Origin: Eledone cirrhosa
Lineage: Eukaryota
Direction of reading: 5' to 3'
Assembly (NCBI GenBank): GCA_964016885.1
Contig: OZ024745.1
Coordinates: 19,964,001-20,028,000 of the forward strand
DNA: 64,000 bases
The position numbers and the translations under genes were made by a program. This document shows positions 1 through 14,740 of the stretch, one piece after another. The notes beneath the pieces were generated by a model. The model saw only the letters and a program-made list of their open reading frames with translations, was not told the DNA's origin and did no database searches. How positions within the stretch are numbered: the stretch's first letter is position 1; every line of letters starts with the position of its first letter.

Positions 1-870
1 AACTTATGTTGAGGTTCTATAAAACAGTTATACCATCTTTCATCTATCCTTGCAGTAGCAGCTCTATAAAACAGTTATAACATCTTTCATCTATCTTTGC
101 TGTAGTAACTTATGTTCAGGCTCTATAAAACAGTTATAACATCTTTCTCTGCAGTAGTAACTTATGTTCAGGCTCTACAAAACAGTTATAACATCTCTCA
201 TCTATCTCTTCAGTAGTAACTTATGTTCAGGCTCTATAAAACAGTTATAACATCTGTCATCTATCTCTGCAGTAGTAACTTATGTTCAGGCTCTATAAAA
301 CAGTTATAACATCTTTCATCTATCTCTGCTGTAGTAACTTATGTTCAGGCTCTATAAAACAGTTATAACATCTTTCTCTGCAGTAGTAACTTATGTTCAG
401 GCTCTACAAAACAGTTATAACATCTCTCATCTATCTCTTCAGTAGTAACTTATGTTCAGGCTCTATAAAACAGTTATAACATCTTTCATCTATCTCTGCA
501 GTAGTAACTTATGTTCAGGCTCTATAAAACAGTTATAACATCTTTCATCTATCTCTGCTATAGTAACTTATGTTCAGGATCTATAAAACAGTTATAACAT
601 CTATCTCTGCTGTAGTAACTTATGTTCAGGCTCTATAAAACAGTTATAACATCTTTCATCTATCTCTGCTATAGTAACTTATGTTCAGGATCTATAAAAC
701 AGTTATAACATCTTTCATCTATCTCTGCTATAGTAACTTATGTTCAGGATCTATAAAACAGTTATAACATCTATCTCTGCAGTAGTAACTTATGTTCAGG
801 CTCTATAAAACAGTTATAACATCTATCTCTGCAGTAGTAACTTATGTTCAGGCTCTATAAAACACCTTTT
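1..870. repeat. Minisatellite, about 59-bp unit with shorter (about 47-51 bp) variants
   Basis: Repeated AGTAACTTATGTTCAGGCTCTATAAAACAGTTATAACATCTTTCATCTATCTCTGC, about 15 copies, running off the left edge. Confidence 0.95.
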
Positions 871-3135
871 CATCTGTCTCTGCAGTAACCGCTCTATAAA
901 ACAGTATCCTAAGATAACTTTGATTACTTAAAGTTAGAGAGTGTTCTCATCTAAGATAAACATAAGTTAAAAAATATAATGCCTAGAATCCAAGCATGAT
1001 CCCTCATCGTAGCTAAACCTTACTACATTATAGACAGATGTGATTTCTCAAACACATTAAAGGTAACCCATCTGGAAAGTTAAGCTCCCTGAACAAACCT
1101 GACAGTGTACAAAAAGGGTTCTACCCTAATGTAAAGGCATCATAAATTGCAACCTAAGCAAGTAAAAATTAATGGTTGTGATGTAAATTTAACTATAAAA
1201 GAAGAAAATTAACTTCATGGGGATTTCTGAAAAATAGGGGTGGGGGAAGGGAAAATATTTAAAATACATTAATAGAGAGAATATGGAAGAACTGGAATAT
1301 GAAATGAATTATCAAAAAACACTTGATATGTTCAAATCAAAGCATTTTAGCTGGAGAGTAAAATGTAGATTTATATATTTATAAGAACAGTAATGTGTTT
1401 TCAGCATAATTAAAGAATTGCCTTAGTTTTGATGCTTTTAAACTATTTTTAGATTTCCAGATGAGAATATGCCAATATCAATAACCTATTAAACATGTTC
1501 CTCATTTGTTTGCTTTGGTTGAATAAATTTTGATAATATTTTAAAAATAGAGATAGAAATAGTAATGTTTTTTTTTTTTGTTTCTTTTTAGAGAAAGGTT
1601 GATTTTTTTTCTTTTTTTTCTCTCTCTAAATTTTGGTTTAAATTTCATCATATTTGGATATGGCAACTTGGTTGTCTTCTAAATATTAAACAAAACAAAG
1701 AAAAAACAAACATCGTTTGTGTTTGGATGTTTATGTCATTCCTGTAATGTTTTAGATTACACTTTAGGACTAGTGATGCGTTAAATTTCTATGATTCAGC
1801 AATATTTGATAGTTACAATTATTATAAATCTATGTATATTTTATATTTGGTATTAATGTAAAACTTATATATATTGTATATTTGAACTTATTTATTTTCC
1901 CATTTTCAATAATGTAATTATTTATCAACATTGAATTTTTGCTATATTTCCCTCATAATGGACACAGCTAATTAAATTGAAGTACAGGTTTTAGATATTA
2001 GAGCTCTTTTATAATCTCTAGTAATTGATGTTAATTAATTGACTAGGGGGTGGGGGCAGGGGAAATTGTTGCAGGACAGGAAATCTTTCCTATATTGTTT
2101 TCCTTTTGATGACTAAATTATTGGCATGTATAAAGAAGCATTTATTTTGATTGGTTGATAATTATTCATCAGACAATCTAACTTCAAGTGTTTATGGCAT
2201 CAATATCTATTTTTATTTCAAGAATATTTTCTATAAGTTCCGCTATTCTAGTATTAACCATCCTTAACCGAATGTAATTGTATTTTTTTTCTTCCTAAAT
2301 ATATTTATGGTTGTAGAAATTAGATTATGAAAAGTAATTATTAAAAAAATATATATATATAAATTAAATTCAAGGCTACAAATTATTAATAAATACCATT
2401 TCCTGCTTATAAATAATGATTTTATTATCTGTAAATAAATAAAAATACTGAATTCAGTGAAAATATTTGTTCACTTCAGTATTGTTATTTTTAAAAAGAA
2501 ACACAATATAAATTAGCATGATGAAAAGGATATAAATTATTTATAATTTTATGTTCTAATAAATTTACCAGTTTAAAAAAAAACAAAATTTTTTTTTTAA
2601 ATATTGCATTCTGATTTTTTACTTTTCTTCTGCTTGTATGGTCTAATTTGATGTCTAATTTTAAACATTTGCATGTTCGTGGAGATGTTTTACAGCTGGA
2701 TAACTTAATGGCACCAATTTTAATAATTATCCTGCTTAATTTTCCATGTTTATTTTTAGCTTTAGATGTACATCTGCTTTAGTATTTCATGTTAGTGTTA
2801 AAGGATTTAAGAGTTCCAAATAATTCCTTTCTGGCATGCTCTCCTTAGAGGGGGCGTTTGATGTAGAACATTTGTTTTTTTATCTACCACTTACTGAATG
2901 GAAGTAGTTTTATATCTGTTGGTTAAAATAGTGACTATATATATATATATAAATGACTTCTATAGAACCAGAACTGTTTCATTCGGATGATTTCATACTA
3001 AAAAAAATGTTCTAGTCTTGTAGAAGTCATTTCTATATATATAAGAAAGATGCCTATACTCTACCAATGTATTGAGTACCTCTTTTAACTGTTGTTATTC
3101 CTCAACACAACTCGGGGAATCTTCACACACACACA

Positions 3136-3167
<32 letters not shown>

Positions 3168-3174
<7 letters not shown>

Positions 3175-3306
3175 GGCAGTATCGGTAGAGGGTCGGACGC
3201 CATGCTTTCCAGCATAGTTACGTCCCTTTACGATCTGAGTTCAAATCCTGCCGAGGTTGACTTTGCCTTTCATCCTTACGGGGTCGATAAAAAAAAAAAA
3301 AAAAAA
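3168..3306 (+). mobile_element. tRNA-derived SINE family A, 3' truncated
   Basis: TGGCAGTATCGGTAGAG A-box-like head and GAGTTCAAATCC B box; matches the copy at 18633; sits directly after (TA)n. Confidence 0.85.
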
Positions 3307-3671
3307 TTATGCTTAGTTAACTATGTAATTCGTCCTTGATAAGCAAGGCAAAGTACTGGGTTTGATTGCTCCAGCCTGGCTACAGTCTACTAACTGGAAC
3401 CAAAAGAAGAAAAAATAAAAACAAATATTTACAGGTTTAAACATACATTTTTCTAAATAAATATGAAACACAAGTTTAACGAAGCTATCCATTTATAATC
3501 CATCTAGCTACGGTCATTACCTACTCACCAGATGATTTTACAAAATTCATGTTGTAAATATGAAACTTGCATCTCAGAGTGGTTACTATTTGTTAATTAG
3601 TAGGTTACTATTTGTTAATTAGTAGGTTGTCTTAGTACAATATAAACAAATTTTTTTTTTAGGTATGTTAA

Positions 3672-3882
3672 CCCTTTAGCATTTACATTACTCTATATAT
3701 ACTATTATATTTTCACTTTTAAGTCTTTACCTCACATAATTATCTCACATAATATTGAATCTATGAGATTTTGATATTATTTATTTTGAGAACAATATCT
3801 TAATGTCAGTATGAGCGGCTGGTTACAGCCAGTTTGAATAGAAAGAGGTGAGAGAATTCTGGCCAGATATGGCCGATTTAAA
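3672..3882. mobile_element. TTAA-type (piggyBac-like) MITE, right end missing
   Basis: TTAA|CCCTTTAGCATTT start; homologous to 6714-6912 and 8358-8557. Confidence 0.8.
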
Positions 3883-4236
3883 GAGCATTGATAAAATATG
3901 TAAACTAGTTATTTACCCGTTTAGCTTTTATGAAATATTATACTTATACTGAAAATACATTAATTCAACTGAGAAAATAATTTCTTATAAAGATAATGAG
4001 GTTCATCATCATTATTGTTTGTACATCCACTTTTTCATTCTGGCATAGGTTGGACTGAATTGCACTGTTTTAAATCAAACTTAAGGAAATTATCTTCTTA
4101 TGAAATGATTTTCAGATTGACCTTTCATTAAACATTTTTAAAGATCAACATAGACACCAGTGTGAAGCAGGTCCATTGTGGAAAAAATGGCTATAAATAT
4201 AATGATGATGATAATATCAGTGTGTGTATGTGTGTG

Positions 4237-4286
<50 letters not shown>

Positions 4287-4597
4287 ATATATACACACAT
4301 TATCACACTGGTGCAAACAGGCTATCTTAAGAATAGTGTATCTGGCATTGAAATAGGGTTTTGTATATGATGATTTTGATTAATGCATGTATATATATAT
4401 TTGTATGTATTTTATTTCCCCTTTCTTTCCTTTTCTATTCACAGTATTTTTCAATACTCTGCCTTCTACTCTCCCTCTTTCTCTTTCTACACCTAGTCAC
4501 ACCTTTCGATATTTAGCCACATCTTTCCACACCTAACAGATTTTATGTTACTCTGTATTAGACTAGACACTTTCTCCAATACTTTTCTCTTTCCTTT

Positions 4598-4796
4598 TAA
4601 ACTGGCCAGAATTCTCTCAACTCTTTCTGTTCAAACTGGCTGTAACTGGCCACTCATACTGATATTAAGGTATTGATCTCAAAATAAATAACATTGAAAT
4701 CTCATAGATTCAATATTATGTAAGATAATTATCTGAGATAAAGCCTTTACTGCGAAAATACAATAGTAAATATAGAGTAATGTAAATGCTAAAGGG
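4598..4796. mobile_element. TTAA-type MITE, same family, inverted relative to the 3672 copy
   Basis: Ends AAATGCTAAAGGG|TTAA; reverse-complement match to 3672-3882. Confidence 0.8.
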
Positions 4797-5611
4797 TTAA
4801 GTCAGTTTAATAGCTTCAAATGAGATTTAATTTCAACATAGTCCCTGGAAAGAAACGATGCACTTATTAATTAGAAGAGTTGAAATTAATGCATGCAAGA
4901 TTTCACAGCTCTAGCATCACTTCTTCATAGCCTATACACTTTTCCGTCGACCCTCGTACAGTAGATAAGTCTCATTCAAGTTTTCATGTTCATTTTTTAA
5001 AGTAAAAATCTGCGACCTGTCAATAGATATGATACTTGAAATATTGTTGAATAAATTCACTCCTGATATATTAATTGTACTTTATTGACTTTGGAGGAAT
5101 GTCAACCAAAATTGACTTAGGTGGAATTTGATCTGAAAAGAAGGCCATTTATCTGATGATCTACTGGTTAGCTGTCTACTGAACTAATCTAAGAAAGTGT
5201 TCTTATCACAATATTTTGATAAAATGTGTAAATTATTTGATTTACTTTTCAAATAAAATTGTCTTTAATACATATTATTTGCTGACTTCTTTAAACAGTT
5301 TTATGTCAGAATTTATGTGTGATAGCTGTTAAGTTTATATTACTGAGATGAGGTGAATTTTGATATTATACATTGTCTTAATATTATTGTATAAAATGTT
5401 TTAAAACTCTATTAAAATTCAAAATTTTACTTGGTTCTCTGGGTTCATCATTATAATCATTATTTTTTTACGTCATCTTTTCCATGCTGGCATGGGTTGG
5501 ATGGGACTTATTGAGGCAATGTTTTACAGCCGGTTGTCCTTCCTGTTAGTCACTTCTTATGACATGCAGGGATACAGTATCCCTATTCTAAACTGCATAC
5601 ACAGCAACCTT

Positions 5612-6130
5612 TTGGATACACATGGCCGCTCGGATACACACAGGTTCCCAGATATACAGAACTCCTTGCACACAGCTTCCCGGATATACACAACCTCTTG
5701 GAAACACACAATTTCACGGATACATACTGCTTCTCGGATACACGTGGCCTAATGGATACACACGGTCTCTCGGATATACACATGATTTCTTGGATACACA
5801 CAGCCTTTTGGATATACATGACTTCTTGGATATACAACACCTTTTGGAGAAAACATGGCTTCCTGGATATACACGGCCTCCTAAACACACATAGCCTTCT
5901 TGATACATACAATCTGGCTGATACACACGGCTTTCTGGATAATCACAGCCTCTTGGAATTACATGACCTCCTAAATACACACAGCTTTCTGGATACACAC
6001 AGCCTCTTGGAATTACATGGCCTCCTAAATACACACAGCTTCCTGGATACACACAACCAGTCTGATATACATATCCTTCTTAATTCACACAACCTCTCTC
6101 ATATACATGGCTTGCCAGATACACACTGTC
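5612..6130. repeat. Degenerate 18-bp tandem repeat (GGATACACACAGCTTCCT-like)
   Basis: GGATACAC motif recurs every 18 bp; it produces the overlapping low-complexity ORFs on both strands. Confidence 0.85.
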
Positions 6131-6269
6131 TGAATGTTTATACACATTAATTATAAACTTTGTAAATTAACAGCATATGTTTTCCCAGAAAACTAGTTCT
6201 CTTATAGTTCAGGTTTTCTTATGTATAGTTGAAATTAATAAGTCTTTAGTAATATATATATAATATATA

Positions 6270-6543
6270 TATTCACCGCAAGGTGGTCGTGAGGTGCCAC
6301 GGCAAAAAAGCACTCAGCCCACACTGTAAAGTGGACGTGTAGGCGCCACGAAAAAGCACCCAGCACTCACTGTAAATGAGGTTGGTGTTAGGAAGGGCAT
6401 CCAGCTGTAGAAATCAAGCCAAATCAGTTCCTGTATGAGCAAGGCATGGTCAGCCGACCAGACACTGCCCACAACAGGACAACCCGTCTAACCCATGCTA
6501 GCGTGGAAGAACGGACGTAAAACGGTGATGATGATGATGATGA
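6270..6543 (+). mobile_element. SINE family B, 3' portion with RTE-like tail
   Basis: GTTGGTGTTAGGAAGGGCATCCAGCTGTAGAAA domain followed by ACCCATGCTAGCGTGGAAGAACGGACGTAAAAC(GAT)n. Confidence 0.8.
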
Positions 6544-6713
6544 TTTTCTTCTGTATAATTTGTTTTTGATTTTATAAATGATAGAATAGACATTTTGTTT
6601 AAGATAAACCATTACAGGTTAAATTGTTTATTAGTCAATTAAAATATTCTCAACTGATAGATGAGATATTTTTGTATAGAAGCCAACTAACAAACTGGTT
6701 ACCAACTAGTTAA

Positions 6714-6912
6714 CCCTTTAGCATTTAAACCGGCCGCATCCGGCCAGAATTCTCTCAGCTCTTTCTGTTCAAATTGGCCATAACTGGCTGCTCATACTGA
6801 TGTTAAGGTTTTGTTCTTCTTAGATTCGATATTATGTGAGGCAATTATGTGAAATAAAGTATTTACTGTGAAAATATAACAGTAAGTATAGAGGAATATA
6901 AATGCTAAAGGG
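6714..6912. mobile_element. Complete TTAA-type (piggyBac-like) MITE
   Basis: Terminal inverted repeats CCCTTTAGCATTT / AAATGCTAAAGGG, with TTAA on both sides. Confidence 0.9.
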
Positions 6913-8357
6913 TTAAATAGGATTGTTGTTGTTACCACCAATGAAAGTTTGGATTCTTTGGGGTGTTTAAATAATAGGGGCCTCAGTCCTATCATGAAAA
7001 GCCTCTCCACTGGACTAGATCCCTGTCTGTTGAGGAGTCAACCCCAGCTGAAAATAGTTGTAATCTTATTCAACTGAGTAGACTGGAGTAGTGTGAAAGG
7101 AAGCATCTTTCTTAATCACAGTGTGCTGCCTGGTCCAGGAATCGAACCCATGGCTTTATAATCAGGAGTCCAACATTCTAATCACTAGGCCATGTGTTTT
7201 CACAGATGGGATGAAAAGTCACATTGACTTTATTTTGTCTAAAAAGAAAAAAAGAAAAAATGCCCAGCACATGATAATTAGCAGTTTACATTTGAGAGGA
7301 AATGTGCATTTCAATAGAGATTTCTGGTTAGAGGGATCACAATAATACCAGTGAAGGTTGGAAAGTCTTAATTTGGAGAATGGTGTGTGTGTGGAAACTA
7401 AAGAGAATCATAGTTAAGCATTCCCAACAAAAGCTGCTGTAAGTTACTTATCAATTCCACCAATGGAACATCAGATTTGGAAGAGAAAAAACACAAACGA
7501 AATAAGTCTTTGCTAGAGTTGAAAAATATACCAGGGAATTATAGTTAAAAGCTAGGTAAAGATGTGGTAGGTAGGTTTAAATAGAAGAAAAGCTATGAGT
7601 TTGAACAATGTTTCATGTTACATGAAGAATAACTGAGCTGTTTAGATTTACAGGTGAATATCAGAACAAGTGATAGGAAAAAAGAGTATTTAAAATAAAA
7701 TGGTAGGAATTGTCCTTAATGACAGAAGATAGTTGTAAATGTCATTAATAGAAGTTGTTGAACAATGGGCTTTGGCATCAGTAGATGTACCATCACTGTG
7801 AACATATTGGGTAATGAGTAAAGACATTAAGGATATGAAAAACTGCTGGATCTTTAGAGATTGTTGTTATGATGTTGAAAACATCTGGATAGATTGTTGT
7901 TACACAGTTGCTTAGAATATTCATGAGGCCATGCGGTTAAGAAGTTCACTTTGAAATCATGTGGTTCAGGCTTTTGATCCCCATTGCACAGAACATTGAA
8001 CAAGTGTAGTATAGCTTTAGATTAACCCAAGCCTTGGGAGTAAAGCTAGGTAGATGGAAACTACTGAAGCTTGTCAGATAGGATGTACTTGTAAAATTAA
8101 TTTGTTACTTGGTTCCACACTACCACCAAGCTTTGTGTTTAGCTGAATCCTTCTGTTGCAAGCACTTGGGCCATGTCTCCAGTTTGAAAATGATCTGTGT
8201 CATGGTTTCTTCTTTCATTTTCTCCAAAAGTATTTTAGGCTCTGAAAAAGTCTATTGACATTACTCATCTCCCTTTTACTGAAACAATAATGACTGGTTG
8301 CAAAAAAAAAAAAAAAGTGTATATATGGTTAGAGTATGGAAATTACAGAGGTCTTAA

Positions 8358-8557
8358 CCCTTTAGCATTCACATTACTCTATATATACTATTATATTTTC
8401 AATTACCTCGCATAATTATTTCACATAATATCGTATCTATGAGAATTTCAAAGTATTTATTTTGAGAACAATACCTTAACATCAGTTTGAGTGACCAGTT
8501 ACAGCCAGTTTCAACAGAAAGAGGTAGAGAATTCTGGCCGGTTTGAACATTAAAGGG
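8358..8557. mobile_element. Complete TTAA-type MITE, same family
   Basis: TTAA|CCCTTTA...TAAAGGG|TTAA. Confidence 0.88.
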
Positions 8558-8846
8558 TTAAGCTAGTATCAATCTATGAATGTGGGCTTGGATAGAATTT
8601 GGATAATATACCGTATATACTTGTATATAATCCGTGAAATATGTGACAAAAAATGTTGATAGTAAAATGTGGGTCTGCTTATATTTGAGGTCAATATTTT
8701 GCCGATTTTCACCAACTTCAAATTCTATGTAAATAAGGTAGTAAAATATCTGGTGTGATTATTTTACAATGAAACAAACATACACATGCAGATGCGTGCG
8801 CACACATTGTTTTTCTCTGTGACTTAAATTTTTTCTTTCAATCATA

Positions 8847-9181
8847 TCATCATCATCATTTTACGTCCGCTTTTCCCTGCTTGCAAGGGTGGGACGGGAA
8901 CTGATTCCGGCTTGATTTCTACAGCTGGATGCCCTTCCTAACACCAACCTCATTTACAGTGAGTGTTGGGTGCTTTTTTGCCGTGGCACCTCCACGACCA
9001 CTTTGCAGTGGAATGATAGGGACCCCAGTCCCTATCATCTCATTTCTACAGCTGAGTAAACTGGAGCAATGTGAAATAAAGTGTCTTGCTCAAGGAAACA
9101 ACACATTACCTGGTCTGAGAATTGAACTCACAACCTTTCGATTGCAAGCCCAATGCTCTAACCACTAAGCCATGTGCCTCC
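8847..9181 (-). mobile_element. SINE family B, near full length
   Basis: On the minus strand: tRNA-like head GGCACATGGCTTAGTGGTTAGAGC...GAGTTCAATTC, central CCTTGAGCAAGACACTT domain, RTE-like tail GGACGTAAAA(TGA)n. Confidence 0.88.
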
Positions 9182-10934
9182 ATATGTAAGATTGAAATCT
9201 TCTGACTGGTATTTTATTACTCTCCTTTCTCTTGCTCTCTCACTTGTTGTCTCTCCCACTTCTACTCAATGAATCCTTCCTTTTCATTTACTCCCAGCAT
9301 TTGAATGGCTGGAAGTAAACACAAATTTGAGGAACTTGTTTAAACTTTATAAAATGGAAGAAATGGTAAAAAATCATTATATAATGTAGTTGTGAAGAAA
9401 GAAAAAACACCCTAAATGGCACTTGAAATATTTAAAATATCAAAATATTAAGAATTCATAAATATATCCTCCAATCGTGAGAATTTCCAATCTAAATATA
9501 ATATGTTGATTACCTGCCTTGGCTTATTAACAGGGTTTAGATGTTTACCTATTTCTCAGACATAAAATAGAGGGTTGGCGTATGTTATATAGGGTATTTC
9601 TTTTAAGAGAAGTACTTGACAACAAACAATATATCTTGTCAACCTAGAGAAGGCACTTGCTTGTGTAATATGTTCGGGAAAGTAAGGCAGGCATGAATGG
9701 ATCATGTAACCCAGTTGTTCTTAACCCCACCATGACATCTTCAAAAAATGTGACCCTCCACCATCCATAAAAAAACATGTTTGGTGTTAATTCTTTTTTG
9801 GATATTTACCAAAATGAGTTTCATTAATAATACAATAATTAGATCTTTCCTTTCCCAAACCAGGAGGTTCATCAGGCTGGTGTTTACCCCAGTTTCTTCG
9901 ACATTAAGTGACAGCGACAGAGAGAGAGAGAGTACATGCTGACTCTTTGTACTAGATACCAGTCCACCCCAAATTGCTTGTAGTCATTTTCAGTTAAGTG
10001 TAACTTAGAAGAGTATGTTTTAGTTAAGAATCTAAAAGTAAGTTGCAGTGATGATGAATAAGAGAGGGAAGTGGCCTTGTTTGGTGTGTAGGAGTGTTCA
10101 AATTCTTAAGTCAGTGCTGCACATATACCTGCCATATTGATAGGACACCATAACTTATGGTGCATTAGCATAGTCAGCAGCATGAACTGAAATCATAGAA
10201 AGCTAGTTTGGTTACTGAAGTTAGATAAAATCTACAGCTATGCTAACAGAAATTAGTTGCTACTGTTCATGGTACATACTGCTGCTGCTGCTGGTGACAA
10301 ACTGCTTTTACTGTTAGCAGCAAAGACCTTTTTCTCCCTCTATAATATATCTAAAATGTTTGAATGCAAAATATCTCCATGGATTGGAAATAAATTTATG
10401 TTGACTATTGGCTGTGTAATTTTAAGTTAAGAGGAAAGTTGAGCATAATAAGTGTGTATGAGAAGAATGTATGGTGGAGGTAGGTCAACATGGACATGTA
10501 ATTGAAGATGTATGTTTGATAATAAACTGGTTTGAGTGGCTAATATGATCCACCTGTAGGTTAAGTAGTAGTAGTAGCAGTAGTAGTAGTTAGATTGATC
10601 ATATGTTAGAGTATAGGGCCTCAGATGACATGACACTAAATTGAGATGCTTAGAGAGAGATATTGTGTTGCTGAATTGTCAACTTAATGCTAGGCACTGT
10701 TTCTGATGACTAAAAATAATGATGATGATTGCCTATATGACAAGGTTTAATGTACTGAAATCTTTTTTTCCCCACAGGTTGAAATAAATAACATTGTTTT
10801 AAATTGATATGTAGTTTTATAAACAGATGCCTTGTGTATTCTAAATTATTATTAGTATTTTTTCAATCATATAAATAAAATTCCACTTAAATGTACGTTT
10901 TATATCGTGCATTATAACCTAAACTAAAAACTTA

Positions 10935-11140
10935 GCATATATTCTTGAATATAAGCCGAGGAAGATGTGACCAAAAAATCGAAGGTAGAAGAGGGTTGGC
11001 TTATATTCAAGATCAATATTTTGACGATTTTCACCTACTTCAAATTCTATGTAAATAAGACTTGGATTTTTGTCTATTTCTCAGATATAAAACAGTGAGG
11101 TCAGCTTATATTGGTATTAGATTATATTCGAGTATATACT
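10935..11140. mobile_element. Tc1/mariner-pogo-like MITE family (CCGTATATACTCGAATATAAGCCGA-like ends)
   Basis: Imperfect terminal inverted repeats; related copies near 8610, 26440, 32870, 33950 and 38330. Confidence 0.65.
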
Positions 11141-11999
11141 TTATATTAGAAGTTTGAAATTCTTCTAGATAAAATGTAGGAAGTAAAATGTGCAACAGTT
11201 ACATAATAATGTTCTGTTGTTTCATTGTTGCATCATATGTCCATACCAATGCAGTCTTCTTTCCTGCACACCATCTCGGATTCCTCTTAAGCACAGCTTC
11301 TCTCTTACTTCGTCCAAGCTCTACCTTGTAGAGAACCTGGGTGTATATTGTAGAGAAAACCTGGGTGTATATGCTTACTTTTTCACTTAATTTGCTTCAT
11401 ATCTTAATCCTTTCATTATCATATTTCTTATGTAATACACCACCTATATTTTTAAATTAATGTTGTAAATAATGAACAATTTTGAGGGATTTAGTCAAGT
11501 AACTAACTATATTATTAAGCTGGTGTTTAGTACATAGCTTACCTCTTAACATCCTATACCACATAAAGCACCTGACTGCTTCACATTTAAGTCTTTAGTT
11601 TATGGCAAACTTTCACAACAATCTGTCCACTAGTAAATATACTACAAACATTTGAATTAACAAACCTGTTTTTAGATATTTTCTGCTAAACTATTCATTA
11701 CATGGCGATAAGAGTTAACAAATATATTCTTCCATAACATTTAAAAAATTTAAATATATGAAAGCAAGTTGGTATGAAGAGTTTGATCAATCAAATCAGT
11801 TGACAAGATCCGAAACTTTTTTTGTTGACTGAGTGGGTTGGAACTTGTCAAATCAAACCAAGGAAACAATATTTCCATTGGTCTTTTCATTGCTGATACT
11901 ATTTACTGGTTGCAACTTTTGGCAGAAAGAGCAATGTGAAATAAAGTGTCTTGCTTAAGGACATAATGCATCACGCAGTCCAGGTCTGGGAATCGAACT

Positions 12000-13930
12000 T
12001 GCAACCTGTTGTTTCTAGGTGGATTATGTTATGTACTAGTGTATGGAGAATGGCGAGAGGATTAGAGTGTGATGTCATCTGCATATGCGTCTGTTTGTAT
12101 GATTTGTGGAGGTGTGAGAAGATCTTGTCATGTAGTTATGTGTTGAAAAGAGTGGTTGAGGTATTCCATGTAAAAGAAATGGGGTGTGTTGTAAGTTCTG
12201 AAAGTGTGGTTTTTTTTTTGTACAATATATGCACTTGGTGACCTGATAGCCAGTTTGTTAGCCATAGTATGGTTTGTAAGTATTTTTAGGTTGGGTGGAT
12301 AATAAGGAATGGAATTGAAAGCTTTGGTAATGCTGATGGAAGTGAGAATAATAAGTGTAGAAATTTACTTCATTGAAGTTTTTGTTGGGTTTTAATTGTT
12401 ATGATTTTGCCCAACCTCCAGATTCTGGGAATTTGGCAGTATTGGTATGAATAGTTGTGCTATAGTTGATTAGCTCCAGGACAACCTTTTTCTCTACTCG
12501 TGGTCTCAAATAATTGCCCCTTGCCCCATTTAATAATTTTTCTTCCCCCCCACATGCTTATTAATTTTTGCTAATCTATTTTAAGTGGTAGCATTCCTGC
12601 ATCAATTTTGTTTATACACTAAAAAAGATTATACATGACAAAAAAGAACATTACTAGAAATTGCATACATTATAAAATAAATAGGATAGGTTGGGGTTTC
12701 AATATGTAAATTAAACGACTAATTCTGTTTTTTTTTAAATCAACAGACAACCTAGAAAAATTACCCCCCCCCCCGGGTTTATTCCAACCCCATATTATTT
12801 GATAAGTGTGTTTACTTAGTGTTGTAATTTGGAGATATTATTGAGTTGTGACAGTTGTTATTGTTGATGTTACATTTAATTACTCTTGTGTTTTACTGTT
12901 TCTCTAGTTTATCTTCCATACAAATATTTGCAGGCTTTCTCTTTTTCTATGGTTTATTGTTTTAGATATTTCCTTGGTTAGTTGTTTGTGTGTGATCATG
13001 GTATATGAAATTTAAGGATTGTTCTGATAGCGTATATGGTTGGCTATTTTCGGTGTCTAATTAATTAGGGTTGAATTTCTAGGTTGCCCACCTCAAGGGA
13101 TATGTTTTTTGGTTATCTCTAATTATTTTATTGAATGTATCATCTGCAGTGTCTATGTTGGTGGCTGTGTTGTTGTTGTTGATGTTGATGTTATTGGATT
13201 CTGAAAACCTGAAAACCTTGATTCTGTGGGGACGGGTGTGTAGTTGATTTGGTTAGGTGTGTGTGTGTGGATTGTTTAGGGGTTACGAAGGGAGATTTAT
13301 TGTGATAATATTCACTATTTTGACTTCTTTGTTATCTGCAGTTTAAAAATCTGGAGATGTTTAGAGAAAAAAATGTATTGTATTGTTTTTGTGACATGTA
13401 ACTTGGTGAGATGGTTTATATGGTAGGTGGTTGTGTATATTTGTTTATTATAAATACACACAAGAGTGGGAGATTAGAGGAATTATTAGTGTTGGACAAA
13501 ATACTTTGCAGCATTTAGTTACAGCCCTTTAAGTTCTGAGTTTAACTTTGCCTTTCATCTTTTTGGGGTCCATAACATAAAGCACCAGTTACATACTGAG
13601 GTCAATGTGAGTAACCTTTCCTTCCCCACAAATTGTTGGTCTAAATTAGATATATCGGTAGAGAGTCGGACACCATGCTTTGAAGCATAGAGTTACGTCC
13701 CTTTATGATCTGAGTTCAAATCCCGCCGAGGTTAACTTTGCCTTTCATCCTTACGGGGTCGATAAAATAAAGTACCAGTAATGCACTGGGTAATTGCTGG
13801 CCTTGTGCCAAAAATAGAAACAATTATGAATATTCTCCAGGTTGTTGCTTTTCACTTTGAAAGCCTTCATTTCTAGCCTGGTGTTGCTAGCCTATTAGTT
13901 TACGAATGCCATTTGTGATCTCTCTCTCTG

Positions 13931-13961
<31 letters not shown>

Positions 13962-14740
13962 GGTAGAAATCTGTAGATGAAAGATCAAGGAAAACTACTT
14001 GATCTGTTGGAAGAGAGCTTATTTAGTGTAAACAAAGTTTCACACACTTAACATGTACGTGCTACCAATCCTCACATGCCTGAATGAAAGGCCAGTTTAA
14101 AAGTCGCTCTTCCATTATACGGTGGTGGCCAGAACTGGACTCCAAAACCATTAGTATCACATACATGTTAAGTGTATGACACTTTGTTTATACTATATAT
14201 ATAGGATGCATGTTTTAATGTATGTTATATAATCCCATCCATATTATGTGTCTGTCTAGTCTGACCTGTGTGTAGTTTGTAATATTTGCTGTTTTGTGTT
14301 TAGTAAAAATACATCCTGATTAGTTGCTTGGTGAATATCTCAGGGGATAATAAAATCTCTTAATCCCATAAAGGTGTCTTTTGATATCATTGTTGTAGAA
14401 CTTAATTTATTTTCCTGTTCTGTACCAGGTCTGTAGTGTTGTGTATTTTCAATGTATTCTATGACCTGTAATGTTTGGCTAGGGAGATATAACAATACTT
14501 CTACATCTTTTAATCAATACTGTGGCTGCTTTTGATATTCTGTAATACTGTGTATGTTTCTGGAGTATTTGTAAATGTTGTTTGGCAGTGTTTGTGTGAG
14601 TTCTATGTAGACCTTTGTAAGACTATTTTGGTCATTGTTTCTTTTTTACTCTGTGTGTTTAAAGATTGTTTTCTTGGGGGAGATGTCTGTGGAGTGATGA
14701 GAGAATGTCTCTGTTATGTTGTGTACATATGAGAGTCTGT
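12000..14740 (-). mobile_element. Highly degenerate LINE (I/Nimb-like), interrupted by later insertions
   Basis: A/C-rich minus strand; translated remnants IPRIWRLGKIIT..KPNK (RT domain 1-like, near 12400) and NIDTADDTFNKII...HIP*G (near 13100). Confidence 0.5.
13653..13827 (+). mobile_element. tRNA-derived SINE family A
   Basis: Close match to 18633-18825; directly follows an older related copy at about 13470-13650. Confidence 0.88.

Noticed and set aside
1-870. Regular repeats resembling a CRISPR array (also 36585-37380 and 40845-42405)
   Set aside because: Units are contiguous with no unique spacers, the context is eukaryotic and there are no cas genes.
5492-6150. Overlapping His/Asp/Leu-rich ORFs of 86-150 aa
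   Set aside because: They are a by-product of an 18-bp tandem repeat open in several frames on both strands; no splice or homology support.
14078-14145. Possible hammerhead CTGAATGA...GGCCA/TGGCC...GAAC
   Set aside because: Core boxes have the wrong length and stems I and III do not pair.
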